In this document: piece after piece, positions 1 to 9,249 of the stretch
Position numbering within the stretch: position 1 is the first letter of the stretch
How the letters are laid out: every line of letters begins with the position of its first letter
From: an uncultured Gammaproteobacteria bacterium
GTDB taxonomy: Bacteria; Patescibacteriota; Patescibacteriia; UBA11705
Direction: 5' to 3'
Length of the DNA stretch: 64,000 nucleotides
Assembly: GCA_964413735.1 (NCBI GenBank)
Contig: CAYPSS010000005.1
Coordinates: 4,398-68,397 of the forward strand
Position numbers and translations under genes: made by a program
The notes under the pieces: generated by a model
Databases searched by the model: none
Seen by the model: only the letters and a program-made list of their open reading frames with translations
Told to the model about the DNA's origin: nothing

Positions 1-1587
1 ACATGGATTGCCGATGAAGACCCGACCACTGAGGCTTTAGTTTGGTATCAGAATAACAACATCAAAGTCTCCACCAGAAAAGATGACCCTAATTATCATA
101 ATGACACCTGGCCACGCAAGAAAAAAACCAAAGAAGGCAATTTAGCTTACTTTTATGACAAATACGGTTATGAACAATATGATATTGTTGTCCAAATTGA
201 CGCTGACCACAACTTAAATGAAAATTATTTGGAATATGTTTTACGACCATTTAATGATCCGAAAGTCGGTTATGTCGCTGCTCCCAGTATGGGAGATCTA
301 AATTTCCAAGATTCTTGGGCCGCCCGAGCGCGAGTTCATGCGGAAGCGATTTTCCATGGTCCAATGCAATCAGGCGCTACGGATAAATGGGTGCCTTTAT
401 GCATTGGATCTCATTATGCGGTCAGAACCAAAGCATTAAAAGAAATCGGCGGAATCGGACCGGAACTGGCGGAGGATTATTCCACCACTTTAATGTTAAG
501 CGCTCAGGGCTGGAAGGGTGCTTGGGCATATCAGGCTGAGGCCCATGGCTTGGGTCCAAATTCTTTTAGTGCTTTGATTACTCAAGATTATCAATGGTCA
601 CGCAGTATCATGATTATCTTTACCTCATTATTTCCCAAACTGTTTACCAAATTGAATTGGCGCCAAAAAATTCATTTTTTAATTACTCAATTATGGTACC
701 CAATCAGTGGTGTCATCTGGCTAACCTCGCTCATTATTATTTTAAGCACAATTCTAATTGGTCATCCGGCGATAATTGTGCCCTTCTCTGATTTTTTGTT
801 ATATGTTGTACCACCATTTTCTTTGATAATCATTATCTATCAAATAATCAAACAATGCCACTGTCTTCGACCCAATTATGGAAACTTTTTAGCTTGGGAA
901 AACATTTTATTTGAATTTGCTCGCTGGCCATGGAATATTGTGGCCTGCATCGAAGGGATTGTTTATTCTTTACGAAAAAAATTCTCCACGGAAAATATCA
1001 TTACTTCAAAAAACAAACCGGCCAAAGAACAAATACCGTTAAGATACATTTTGCCTTACTTAACAATTGTTTTTATTTTTGTTCTAACCTTGATTATTGG
1101 ACATAAAACCATTGACCTCCTTGGTTATTATGTGTTTGCTTTCATTATAGTTTTGATTTACTTAACTTTACCGATCATTATCTTGAGCCTTCATATTATT
1201 GAGTCGAAATATGAGAATAAACTGGAATTCACCACCAACCATGTTCCGCATATTACTTCCACCGCCTCGTCATCAATCGCCGTATTACTAACCTTGGTGA
1301 TTATTGCTTATCAATTCATCATCCCATTAAACGCCGGAACAATTATTTTCCCGGAAATAAAAAAACCCGATTACGCGGATCTTCAAATAACCACCGAAGT
1401 TTTTCCGGAAAAAAATGCATCAAAAACCATTCACACTGTTATTCCCGGTGATTGTTTATGGCGCTTAGCGGAAAAATACTACGGCGACGGGAAAAAATGG
1501 CCGGAAATTTATCAAGCCAATAAAGAATTAATTGATAATCCGGACTTGATTTATCCTGAGCAAAAGTTCATTATTCCATCATTTTAA
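1..1587 (+). CDS. Cellulose-synthase-like GT2 glycosyltransferase with TM helices and C-terminal LysM domain (5'-partial)
   Basis: Frame is open from base 1 (TWIADED...KEGNL...QIDADH); LAEDY and QDYQW (QxxRW-like) motifs; C-terminal HTVIPGDCLWRLAEKYYG...NPDLIYPEQKFIIP is LysM. Confidence 0.85.
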   Translation, partial: TWIADEDPTTEALVWYQNNNIKVSTRKDDPNYHNDTWPRKKKTKEGNLAYFYDKYGYEQYDIVVQIDADHNLNENYLEYVLRPFNDPKVGYVAAPSMGDLNFQDSWAARARVHAEAIFHGPMQSGATDKWVPLCIGSHYAVRTKALKEIGGIGPELAEDYSTTLMLSAQGWKGAWAYQAEAHGLGPNSFSALITQDYQWSRSIMIIFTSLFPKLFTKLNWRQKIHFLITQLWYPISGVIWLTSLIIILSTILIGHPAIIVPFSDFLLYVVPPFSLIIIIYQIIKQCHCLRPNYGNFLAWENILFEFARWPWNIVACIEGIVYSLRKKFSTENIITSKNKPAKEQIPLRYILPYLTIVFIFVLTLIIGHKTIDLLGYYVFAFIIVLIYLTLPIIILSLHIIESKYENKLEFTTNHVPHITSTASSSIAVLLTLVIIAYQFIIPLNAGTIIFPEIKKPDYADLQITTEVFPEKNASKTIHTVIPGDCLWRLAEKYYGDGKKWPEIYQANKELIDNPDLIYPEQKFIIPSF

Positions 1588-1597
1588 TACACTCAAC

Positions 1598-1624
1598 AAA
1601 AAAGAGTCAGCAATGACTCTTTTT
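1598..1624. terminator. Bidirectional intrinsic terminator
   Basis: aaaaaagagtca-gcaa-tgactcttttt between convergent genes. Confidence 0.8.
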
Positions 1625-1634
1625 ATATTTTCAG

Positions 1635-4301
1635 TTATTTTTCTGTTTGGTGTCTGGCAATAAAATAATATTTAACCGCCTCAATTAGCATGACATTGAA
1701 AATGCCAAGAGCAACAATCATCGGCCAAACGGAAAATGGTAATGGAACAGTCCCCAAAAGTTTATTGAAAATAGGTATATAAATACCGGCAATTAAACTT
1801 ACCAAACCAAATAACCAAGCACTCAGTAAAATTTTATTATCAAAAATATTAATTTGCCAAATGTTTTTCCTCAAGCTTTTACATGAAAATACATATAACA
1901 AAGCACTAATTGTTAAGCATGTAAAGATTATAGTTTGGATATAATCTAACGATAAATCACTACTCAAAAGAATATAAAACAAACCGAATAATAATAAATT
2001 AGTAATCAATCCCACCGCCAAAATCATAACTTTCATTTCATTATTCAAAAGCGGGGCTTGATTGGAATGAGGAGGACGATTCATACTGCCGATTTCCCTT
2101 TTTTCAAATGACAAAGCCACGGCCGGCAAACTATCTTCAATCAAATTGATCCATAAAATTTGGACCGCTGTTATCGGCAGTGGTAAACCCAAAATTATGC
2201 TGCCACTGATTAAAAATATTTCCGTAAAACTATAAGCTAACAAATAGGAAATCACTTTTCGCACATTATCAATAATGGCCCGCCCTTCTTCCACCGCTGC
2301 CACAATTATGGAAAAATCATCGGATAAAAGAACCAAATCAGAAACACTTTTCGCCACTTCAGTACCTGATCCCAAAGCCACCCCAATGTTTGCTTGTTTG
2401 ATAGCCGGCGCATCATTAATACCATCACCGGTCATCGCCACCACTTCACCTTTTCTTTGCCAAGCTTCAATGATCCGCATCTTATGTTTTGGTTCAACAC
2501 GGGCGTAAATCTTAATTTTATTTAATATTTTACTTAATTGTTTATCAGACATCTTTTCCATTTCCCAGCCTTCCAATATATTGTCATCATTTACTTTTAA
2601 CCCCAACTTATTCGCCACCGCTTTGGCCGTTAATTTATGATCACCGGTAATAATAATTGGACGCATTCCGGCGCGGAAACAAGTTTTGATCGCTTCTTTG
2701 GCTTGCGGACGAATCGGGTCCTCCAAGTAAACAAAACCCACAAAAACCAACTCAGAAACCGCTTCTTTCAAGTCAAAAGAACCAAATGTCCAGCCTGGGA
2801 TTTTTTTATAAGCCACGCCCAAAACTCGATATCCCTGCCCGGTTAATTCTTGATACTTATTCATTAATTTTTGACGCTTTTCATGATCAAGGATCTGTTC
2901 ATCATGATTGTCCTTAACATACCTTGATTTTTCCAAAATAATTTCCGGGGCACCTTTAACATAAAGAACATGATCGGCATTTTGTTTGGCATCCAAACTT
3001 ACTTTATTATCAGTAATTTTTCGTAAACTGGCGGAATATTTATAAACCGAACTAAAAGGAATTTGATCAATTTGCGGTTCAATGATTTCCAGTTGATTTT
3101 TTAATAATTCAAATTTAAGGCCCTCCATTATTAACGCCTTTTCCGTCGGCATTCCTCGCACTTCCCAATTATCTGGGTGCTCTTCGGGATTTTCCACAAA
3201 AGCTTCACTGCTTAATATTGCTTGTTTTAAAGCCAATTTTTCTTCATCATCAGAAGAAAAAAAAGTATAAATACCAGCCACGGACATTTTCGCTTGAGTC
3301 AAGGTCCCGGTTTTATCAGTAGCAATAATCGTGGTACTCCCTAAAGTTTCAGCGGCCGCCAAACTTCTAACCAAGCCTTTTCTTTTTAAAATTCTTTGCA
3401 TCCCCAAAGCCAAAATCACCGTCATGGCAATTGGCAATCCTTCGGGAATAGACGCTACCGCCAAAGCAACCACCACCGTAAACATTTCGATAAAATCACC
3501 TCCCATTAACATTCCGCGAAGAAAAACAAATAAACAGATTAAACCAATGACAAGCACTAACCATTTTGAAAATTTGGCAATCTTCTGTTGATACGGTGTT
3601 TGTTCTTCCGTAGCATTGCGTACCAAATCTGTCACTTGACCAATCTCCGTATTACTTCCTGTCGCCACAATAATGGCGCGTGCCCGACCATCCTCAATCG
3701 CCGTTCCCATGTAAACCATATTATCTCGATCCGCCAGTGGTGTTTCGCGAGATAAAACATCCTCTTTTTTGGTGGCCGGTAACCATTCTCCGGTTAAAGC
3801 CGATTCATTAACCTTTAGATTATGACACTCAATTAACCGAGCATCTGCTGGGACCTTATCGCCTGCACGTAATAATACAATATCACCGGGAACTAAATCC
3901 TCAACCAGAACTTGTTTTTCGTGATTATCACGCACAACAATTGCTTGAACACTCAAAACTTTTTTTAATTCTTGTAATGCTTTGGAAGATTTACTTTCCT
4001 GAATAAACCCAACAAAACTATTTAATAATACGGCCAAGAAAATTACAATCGCATCGGTGTATTCTTTGAAGATAATAGTGATAATCCCGGCTAAAATCAA
4101 AATGTAAATCAAAGGACTTTTAAATTGCATTAAAAAAATCATTACTTGCGACAATGATTTTTCTTCCGGTAATTTATTAAAACCATATTTTTTCTGACGA
4201 TTCTTCACTTCTTGATTTGTCAAACCAACCAAATTATCAGAATTCAGGTTTTTTATCACTTCCTCTGAACTGAGATTATGCCATTTTGCTTTAATTTTCA
4301 T
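1635..4301 (-). CDS. Cation-transporting P-type ATPase (P2A, Ca2+-type)
   Basis: LTGE, PEGL, DKTGT, KGAPE, TGD and GDGINDAP motifs. Confidence 0.95.
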   Translation of the reverse strand: MKIKAKWHNLSSEEVIKNLNSDNLVGLTNQEVKNRQKKYGFNKLPEEKSLSQVMIFLMQFKSPLIYILILAGIITIIFKEYTDAIVIFLAVLLNSFVGFIQESKSSKALQELKKVLSVQAIVVRDNHEKQVLVEDLVPGDIVLLRAGDKVPADARLIECHNLKVNESALTGEWLPATKKEDVLSRETPLADRDNMVYMGTAIEDGRARAIIVATGSNTEIGQVTDLVRNATEEQTPYQQKIAKFSKWLVLVIGLICLFVFLRGMLMGGDFIEMFTVVVALAVASIPEGLPIAMTVILALGMQRILKRKGLVRSLAAAETLGSTTIIATDKTGTLTQAKMSVAGIYTFFSSDDEEKLALKQAILSSEAFVENPEEHPDNWEVRGMPTEKALIMEGLKFELLKNQLEIIEPQIDQIPFSSVYKYSASLRKITDNKVSLDAKQNADHVLYVKGAPEIILEKSRYVKDNHDEQILDHEKRQKLMNKYQELTGQGYRVLGVAYKKIPGWTFGSFDLKEAVSELVFVGFVYLEDPIRPQAKEAIKTCFRAGMRPIIITGDHKLTAKAVANKLGLKVNDDNILEGWEMEKMSDKQLSKILNKIKIYARVEPKHKMRIIEAWQRKGEVVAMTGDGINDAPAIKQANIGVALGSGTEVAKSVSDLVLLSDDFSIIVAAVEEGRAIIDNVRKVISYLLAYSFTEIFLISGSIILGLPLPITAVQILWINLIEDSLPAVALSFEKREIGSMNRPPHSNQAPLLNNEMKVMILAVGLITNLLLFGLFYILLSSDLSLDYIQTIIFTCLTISALLYVFSCKSLRKNIWQINIFDNKILLSAWLFGLVSLIAGIYIPIFNKLLGTVPLPFSVWPMIVALGIFNVMLIEAVKYYFIARHQTEK

Positions 4302-4350
4302 GGGATTATAGTTATTTATTTTATTATAACATATTAATTACCACAAAAAA

Positions 4351-4624
4351 ATAAAAAAAGACGAATTTTCATTCCTCTTTTTTTATGGCTCGGGGACCCC
4401 GCACCGCTAAAGCTATTGCGGGGCAAGCAGGGTTCGAAGCCCTACACATCTCAAAGTGGTTTGATGCTATCCCAGAAAATTCAACAAAAGAAAAACCTCC
4501 ACGTTCAAGTGAAGATTTTTCTTTGGCTCGGGGACAGGGATTCCCCGTAACAAGTACGGGGTAAACTTCTCATCCCTGGTATATAAAAAAAGACGAATTT
4601 TCATTCCTCTTTTTTTATGGCTCG
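4351..4624. repeat. 42-bp direct repeat (4351-4392 = 4583-4624) and three tRNA-Gln 3'-end fragments (4386-4397, 4522-4543, 4618-4624)
   Basis: ataaaaaaagacgaattttcattcctctttttttatggctcg occurs twice; 4522-4543 is identical to 13417-13438. Confidence 0.9.
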
Positions 4625-4722
4625 CTTGGAGGGACGCCTTTCGAACTTATGATTGGCGCAAGGCATTCCCTGTGCCAGAATTAGCTTTACAACAGATTAA
4701 CCACCTGTGCAGTTTAGCATAA
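4618..4722 (+). other. Displaced C-terminal 34 codons of the island recombinase (left att junction)
   Basis: WLAWRDAFRTYDWRKAFPVPELALQQINHLCSLA*; joins recombinase codon 521 in frame if the island circularises at tggctcg. Confidence 0.7.
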
Positions 4723-4740
4723 GCTCTTAACTAACATCCT

Positions 4741-5292
4741 ATGCCAAAAGTAGCACAAAGCATTTTCGATGAATATGAAAAATACTACGTCGAGCAAGGA
4801 ATGACCTTGCAGGATGTTGCTTTGGAGTTTGGGCTAAACTACGGTTCTTTGCGCCAGTATTCAATGAAACAGAAATGGTCGGAGAAACAGAAAGAATACA
4901 GGGAAGCAACTCACAAAAAGCTAACACAAATCACTCAAATAAGAATAAACAAAGAAGCTGAGACACTGGATCACAAAAATCTGCGCCGTGCCGTGTATTG
5001 GAGGGCTTTCCAATCAAGCATAATGGATATGTTGGATGCACGTTCTGACGAGCTTAAACCGCAAGAAATAGCTGTTCTTGCAAGTGCCTTTGAGAAGGCC
5101 TGCCGTGGCGAACGTCTTGAAGATGGTCAGGCAGTCGAGATACACAAGGTAGAAACTCCAATTAAGCCCGATGCTGAATGCGCTATGATGGAAGAATATG
5201 AGATGCGCCTATTAAGACAACGGGGAGAAATTAAGAAACTTTCTGACGTGTTAGTAAAAAATAAAATTGATGGGTATTACAAAAATATCTAA
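4741..5292 (+). CDS. HTH protein resembling the N-terminus of a phage terminase small subunit
   Basis: YVEQGMTLQDVALEFGLNYGSLRQYSMKQKW HTH followed by a helical region. Confidence 0.5.
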   Translation: MPKVAQSIFDEYEKYYVEQGMTLQDVALEFGLNYGSLRQYSMKQKWSEKQKEYREATHKKLTQITQIRINKEAETLDHKNLRRAVYWRAFQSSIMDMLDARSDELKPQEIAVLASAFEKACRGERLEDGQAVEIHKVETPIKPDAECAMMEEYEMRLLRQRGEIKKLSDVLVKNKIDGYYKNI

Positions 5293-5314
5293 AAAACGGC
5301 TTAACGGCCGTTTT
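5293..5314. terminator. Bidirectional terminator
   Basis: aaaacggc-ttaacg-gccgtttt between convergent genes. Confidence 0.7.
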
Positions 5315-5810
5315 ACTTTTTATAGGGATTTACAAAGGGACTGAAAGGTCTACCAAAATATAATGATAATTTATGACCGAGCCAGTGTCGCCCCAAATCG
5401 TTCAAACATTGTATTCTTTTGTCTTTATCAAGCACGCTTCTCGGCAATGATACTATTCTAGTAAAATCAACATAACTTGCTGGGAAAACACCTTCTTCTG
5501 GCAAGAAAAACCAATATCCATATTTTTGATCTGCCAATTGTGCAAGATCCACCTTTATTTGAGTTTGTTCAAGTTCTTCTACTGTGAGGACAGGGGCAAA
5601 AATTAAAAAATTGCGATTTTTGGGATTGTTAATATCGCAACTCTGGTTAAGAAGCATCATAGTCCGGCTCTGAACGTTGAATATGGACTTGGTTTCGGTT
5701 GCTCCGATTGGGTCAGGTGTAATTATAAAAGGAAGATCTTTTACTATATCACCCTGCAACCATTCATTTGTTGGAAGGTTGCTTGCATACATATAATTAC
5801 TACGTAGCAA
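5313..5810 (-). CDS. Hypothetical protein, possible PemK/MazF-like fold (ATG start may be 5792)
   Basis: LQGDIV...MMLLNQSCDI...FAPV...VDFTRIVSL...RIQCL pattern parallels MazF (RGDI..VVS..VAP..D.I.S...R). Confidence 0.55.
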   Translation of the reverse strand: MLRSNYMYASNLPTNEWLQGDIVKDLPFIITPDPIGATETKSIFNVQSRTMMLLNQSCDINNPKNRNFLIFAPVLTVEELEQTQIKVDLAQLADQKYGYWFFLPEEGVFPASYVDFTRIVSLPRSVLDKDKRIQCLNDLGRHWLGHKLSLYFGRPFSPFVNPYKK

Positions 5811-6030
5811 GACCTAACTTTTTATAATAAGTATCCCAATCCTTAGGCGTTAAATCCTCCGGTTCTTTCTCGATTATTTCAGTCGCATAAACTTCACTGA
5901 TATCAGTAAAATGGACATTTGAGTATTGTTCTGTGGCAGTGAACTCTATGCCAGTTTGTTTAGCTTGAAAAACTTTTTTTTGAGTTTTTTCGTCTACTGG
6001 TTGAGCTTTGCAACTTGTTGAATATAACAT
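5800..6030 (-). CDS. Small hypothetical protein (76 aa)
   Basis: Starts 1 nt after the protease stop and abuts or overlaps the next gene. Confidence 0.65.
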   Translation of the reverse strand: MLYSTSCKAQPVDEKTQKKVFQAKQTGIEFTATEQYSNVHFTDISEVYATEIIEKEPEDLTPKDWDTYYKKLGLAT

Positions 6031-6031
6031 A

Positions 6032-6997
6032 TTATTCCCACTTATTATAGAAATTATGTATATTGAAATTAGGTAAAGGTGAATTACCGGGTAATTTCAT
6101 TACTTTATATTTCGAAACAAATTGGTCGGACAATTGTTCGCTCTGGATAATAGCTCTCGTTAAAGAGAAATCCTTTTCAACTTTGTTGCCAAGGAAATCA
6201 GCGGGGTTAAACTCATCATCGAGTTGTAAGATTTTTTTATAATGCATCATTAAATCGTTAATCAGCTTATCGTCTTTTGCATATTCGATTATGTCTCCAA
6301 AACCAATTTCATTTTTGGCTTCTTTTCGGTTGATTAAGTGTTCGTGAGAATATAATTTCTCTGTCAAATGATCGGTAATTTCCTTTAATTGTTTTTCTGT
6401 ATGATGATCTTGGTGTAATTTTAGCATTTGCAAAGACAATCTTCGTATCAGATGATGTGTTCTATTTATGGATCCGAGTATCTTTGGAGGTATGTGCTGG
6501 CTTAATTGATTTAGCACTTCTGTAAGAGAGTTTTGTTCAGCCAAGCCAATCTTTGACTTTGCAAACTCAATATAACCCAAAATATCTTCAATAGGTATTT
6601 GATCCTGTTTGTTTTCACCCATATTATATACACCTATTGGATCTATCGGCGAAAGCTGACTGTATGGCGTCATAATAATCCGGTCTGCCCCGAGGCATAT
6701 AAGGGTAGCGGCACTTAACGCCAAATGAGGAACAACAATTTCGAGTTCGTCGCAGTATTCCCTTATAAGATTAACTAATGGCCAAGGTGTATCTAAACGC
6801 CCTCCCTTACTGTAAAGAAATAGCGTAATCTTTTTTTGTTTTTTGATTTTTTGTAAGTGCTTATAAAAGATAGGCACTATATCCAATGCGATTTGAGTGT
6901 GAAAGTTCGGTTGCTTGTCTCCTGTGATATAAACAATAACCTTGCTTCCTCTCTCTTTTTCTAATTTTTTAATTAGATTTTCTATAATTTTTGACAT
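6032..6997 (-). CDS. SDH_sah-family ClpP-fold serine protease
   Basis: LYSKGG, ALSAATLICLGAD (catalytic Ser), SQLSPIDP and YSHEHLI motifs. Confidence 0.8.
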   Translation of the reverse strand: MSKIIENLIKKLEKERGSKVIVYITGDKQPNFHTQIALDIVPIFYKHLQKIKKQKKITLFLYSKGGRLDTPWPLVNLIREYCDELEIVVPHLALSAATLICLGADRIIMTPYSQLSPIDPIGVYNMGENKQDQIPIEDILGYIEFAKSKIGLAEQNSLTEVLNQLSQHIPPKILGSINRTHHLIRRLSLQMLKLHQDHHTEKQLKEITDHLTEKLYSHEHLINRKEAKNEIGFGDIIEYAKDDKLINDLMMHYKKILQLDDEFNPADFLGNKVEKDFSLTRAIIQSEQLSDQFVSKYKVMKLPGNSPLPNFNIHNFYNKWE

Positions 6998-7049
6998 ATT
7001 AGATTATTATATCCCTATATAATTATTATATTATAATGATAAAAAGACA

Positions 7050-8189
7050 TCAATCGCCAGCTTCGTCGTTTTCAAACTCCTCAAAGGAGCCGATTTTAGT
7101 GAAATCTATATCGTATTTTTTCTCTCCGACTTTGTAAATCACAACGCTGTCGACGCCTATTTCTTCCAGTTTTTCATAAGTGAGAAGCTCTCCTTCTTTT
7201 AAGTCGAAGATTTCCCTCAACAGCCACTTGCCAAGATCTGCGTTATGCTTGCTCATAAGCGCTTTGGAACCGTCTTGGCACACTTTTGCCTCCATCTTTT
7301 CTCCATTTGGCAAAAGCAATTCAAAATGAGTGTCTCTCGGAGGAAAGAAATCGGGGAAAGATCTGTGTAGCCACGCAGGGATAGGAATATAAACTTCGTT
7401 CGGATCTCTTGGGCGTCCGGATGCATTCCACTGATTAAGCCCGCTCTTTTCCGGAACATTCTTTTCACCGCCACGCATAGAATAAAGTGGAAGAAAAATA
7501 TGCGCCTGTTTCTTTATCGGTGCAAACTCTAATTTTTTAGCAACAGTAGCAAACATTCTTTCTAATTCAGAGAAAGGATCTTCCAGTATAGCTACTGACA
7601 AATCGAGAGCGACTTCTGGGGTTATAAATCTTTTATACAGGGTGCTTTTAGCAACATTAAAAGCATATTCATTGATGCCGTCGGTAAATGCTATTGTATT
7701 TCCGTTTGAAAGTTTTATGCGTGATATTTTATCAATCGCTATTCTGTCCATCGGAGTTTCATATACAAGTATGTTTTTTGGCTTTCTCGTGACGCAGTGA
7801 TAAATGATGTCGTTCAACCCAAACATTCTTTTGGTAGTATCTATTCTTTTATTGCGCATCTCTGCGATTTTTACGATCTTTTTTTCAGGATCAAGATGGC
7901 GGAATAAAGAATGCTCGCTGTTGAACTCGGCCACTTTCTGCATTGTGGCGCCGTTTTTTTCAAGAAATGTTTTTACGCCGATGCCGAGTTTGTCTTTTGA
8001 TGCATCTGCCGAACAGTCCGTGCGTGAAAGGTTCTCTGCATCAAACGCTTTGCAGAATAGATTTTCAGCAACCCTATAAGCAATATAAGGTTCATTGCTT
8101 TCTGAAAAAAGGCGTGAGAGCGAACCTATTGTTTCCAGCATCTTTGCGTAGTAGGTTTTGCTCGCTGTTTTTTGTGTTTCTATAAACAT
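7050..8189 (-). CDS. Type II restriction endonuclease, NgoFVII-family-like
   Basis: Directly downstream of a C5 MTase; ENLFC...D...GIGVKTF nuclease-like N-terminus; SGLNQWNASGRPRDPNEVYIPIP C-terminal domain. Confidence 0.75.
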   Translation of the reverse strand: MFIETQKTASKTYYAKMLETIGSLSRLFSESNEPYIAYRVAENLFCKAFDAENLSRTDCSADASKDKLGIGVKTFLEKNGATMQKVAEFNSEHSLFRHLDPEKKIVKIAEMRNKRIDTTKRMFGLNDIIYHCVTRKPKNILVYETPMDRIAIDKISRIKLSNGNTIAFTDGINEYAFNVAKSTLYKRFITPEVALDLSVAILEDPFSELERMFATVAKKLEFAPIKKQAHIFLPLYSMRGGEKNVPEKSGLNQWNASGRPRDPNEVYIPIPAWLHRSFPDFFPPRDTHFELLLPNGEKMEAKVCQDGSKALMSKHNADLGKWLLREIFDLKEGELLTYEKLEEIGVDSVVIYKVGEKKYDIDFTKIGSFEEFENDEAGD

Positions 8190-8190
8190 A

Positions 8191-9144
8191 TTATGCTTGT
8201 ATAGCTTTCTTCATATTCACCGCAATGCGGTAAATGACCGGCACTGAAACCGAATTGCCGAATTGTTTATATAGCGCCGAGTCAGTAATGTTTTTAGGCA
8301 GTTTTATATTGGCAAACCCTTGCAATTTTGCGCATTCTTTTGGGGTTAATTTGCGGATGCCTTTTGCGTCCTTTATGATCGGAACGTTATGACCTCCCAT
8401 CCCCATATTCGCAGTAAGGGTCGGGCAAACTCCTTTTTTGTTTTCTCTAACATAAACCCTGCGCCACTGATAGACAGTGTTTTGGGATTTTATCTGTTCT
8501 TTCAGTTTATCGTATAACGGTTTGCCTTCATAGTAGTATTTTTCCGGGACGTCTTTTTCAAGAATATCTTTTATGCTTTTAGTAAGGGCGATTTTTTTTG
8601 GAAAGGAAAAAACATCATAGGATTTTTTCGACTTAAATCCAACAATATAAACACGCTCCCTGTTTTGAGGGACGTTGCCGTATTCCATTGTATTTAGTAT
8701 TTCAGTTTTGATGTGATAGCCCAGCTTTTCAAGCTCTGCTTTAATAACTTTGAAGGTGTTGCCTTTATCGTGAGAGTAAAGATTTTTTACATTTTCAAGC
8801 AAAAGTGCAGGAGGATTTTTTTCCTTCAAAATCCTGATAATATCCCAAAATAAGTTCCCACGGTTAGTATCTGAAAATCCTTTTCTATAACCTGCAATAG
8901 AAAATGGCTGACAAGGAAACCCTCCAAGAAGGACGCCGAACTTTTTAGGCAAATCGCTTGTCTTTACTTTTGTAATATCTGCAACGTGCAGTTTTGGTTC
9001 AGGAAAATTAAGATCGTATGTTATCTTGCAATTCGGTTCGAAATCATTTGCGTATAGCGTAGTGAAGCCGGCCTTCTCAAATCCTGCTCGAATACCGCCT
9101 ATTCCGGCGAAAAGATCAATGGTTGTTAAATCACTTTTTTGCAT
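8191..9144 (-). CDS. DNA (cytosine-5)-methyltransferase, Bsp6I/NgoFVII-like target recognition domain
   Basis: DLFAGIGG, GFPCQPFS, ENV, QNRER, YKQFGNSV motifs; YQWRR...PTLTANMG region. Confidence 0.95.
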   Translation of the reverse strand: MQKSDLTTIDLFAGIGGIRAGFEKAGFTTLYANDFEPNCKITYDLNFPEPKLHVADITKVKTSDLPKKFGVLLGGFPCQPFSIAGYRKGFSDTNRGNLFWDIIRILKEKNPPALLLENVKNLYSHDKGNTFKVIKAELEKLGYHIKTEILNTMEYGNVPQNRERVYIVGFKSKKSYDVFSFPKKIALTKSIKDILEKDVPEKYYYEGKPLYDKLKEQIKSQNTVYQWRRVYVRENKKGVCPTLTANMGMGGHNVPIIKDAKGIRKLTPKECAKLQGFANIKLPKNITDSALYKQFGNSVSVPVIYRIAVNMKKAIQA

Positions 9145-9173
9145 AATAAAAATTGGGTAAGTTTCGTGGTTAT

Positions 9174-9202
9174 ATTATACCTTGTTTAGGCCTGCATCGC
9201 AA
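9174..9202 (-). promoter_or_regulatory. Sigma70 promoter for the MTase-REase operon
   Basis: TTGCGA-17 bp-TATAAT on the minus strand. Confidence 0.7.
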
Positions 9203-9214
9203 GGCAAAATCTCA

Positions 9215-9243
9215 TTGCAAAAAAGGCCTTGGTTTGTTATAAT
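9215..9243 (+). promoter_or_regulatory. Sigma70 promoter, divergent from the RM promoter
   Basis: TTGCAA (9215-9220)-17 bp-TATAAT (9238-9243). Confidence 0.75.
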
Positions 9244-9249
9244 AATAGC

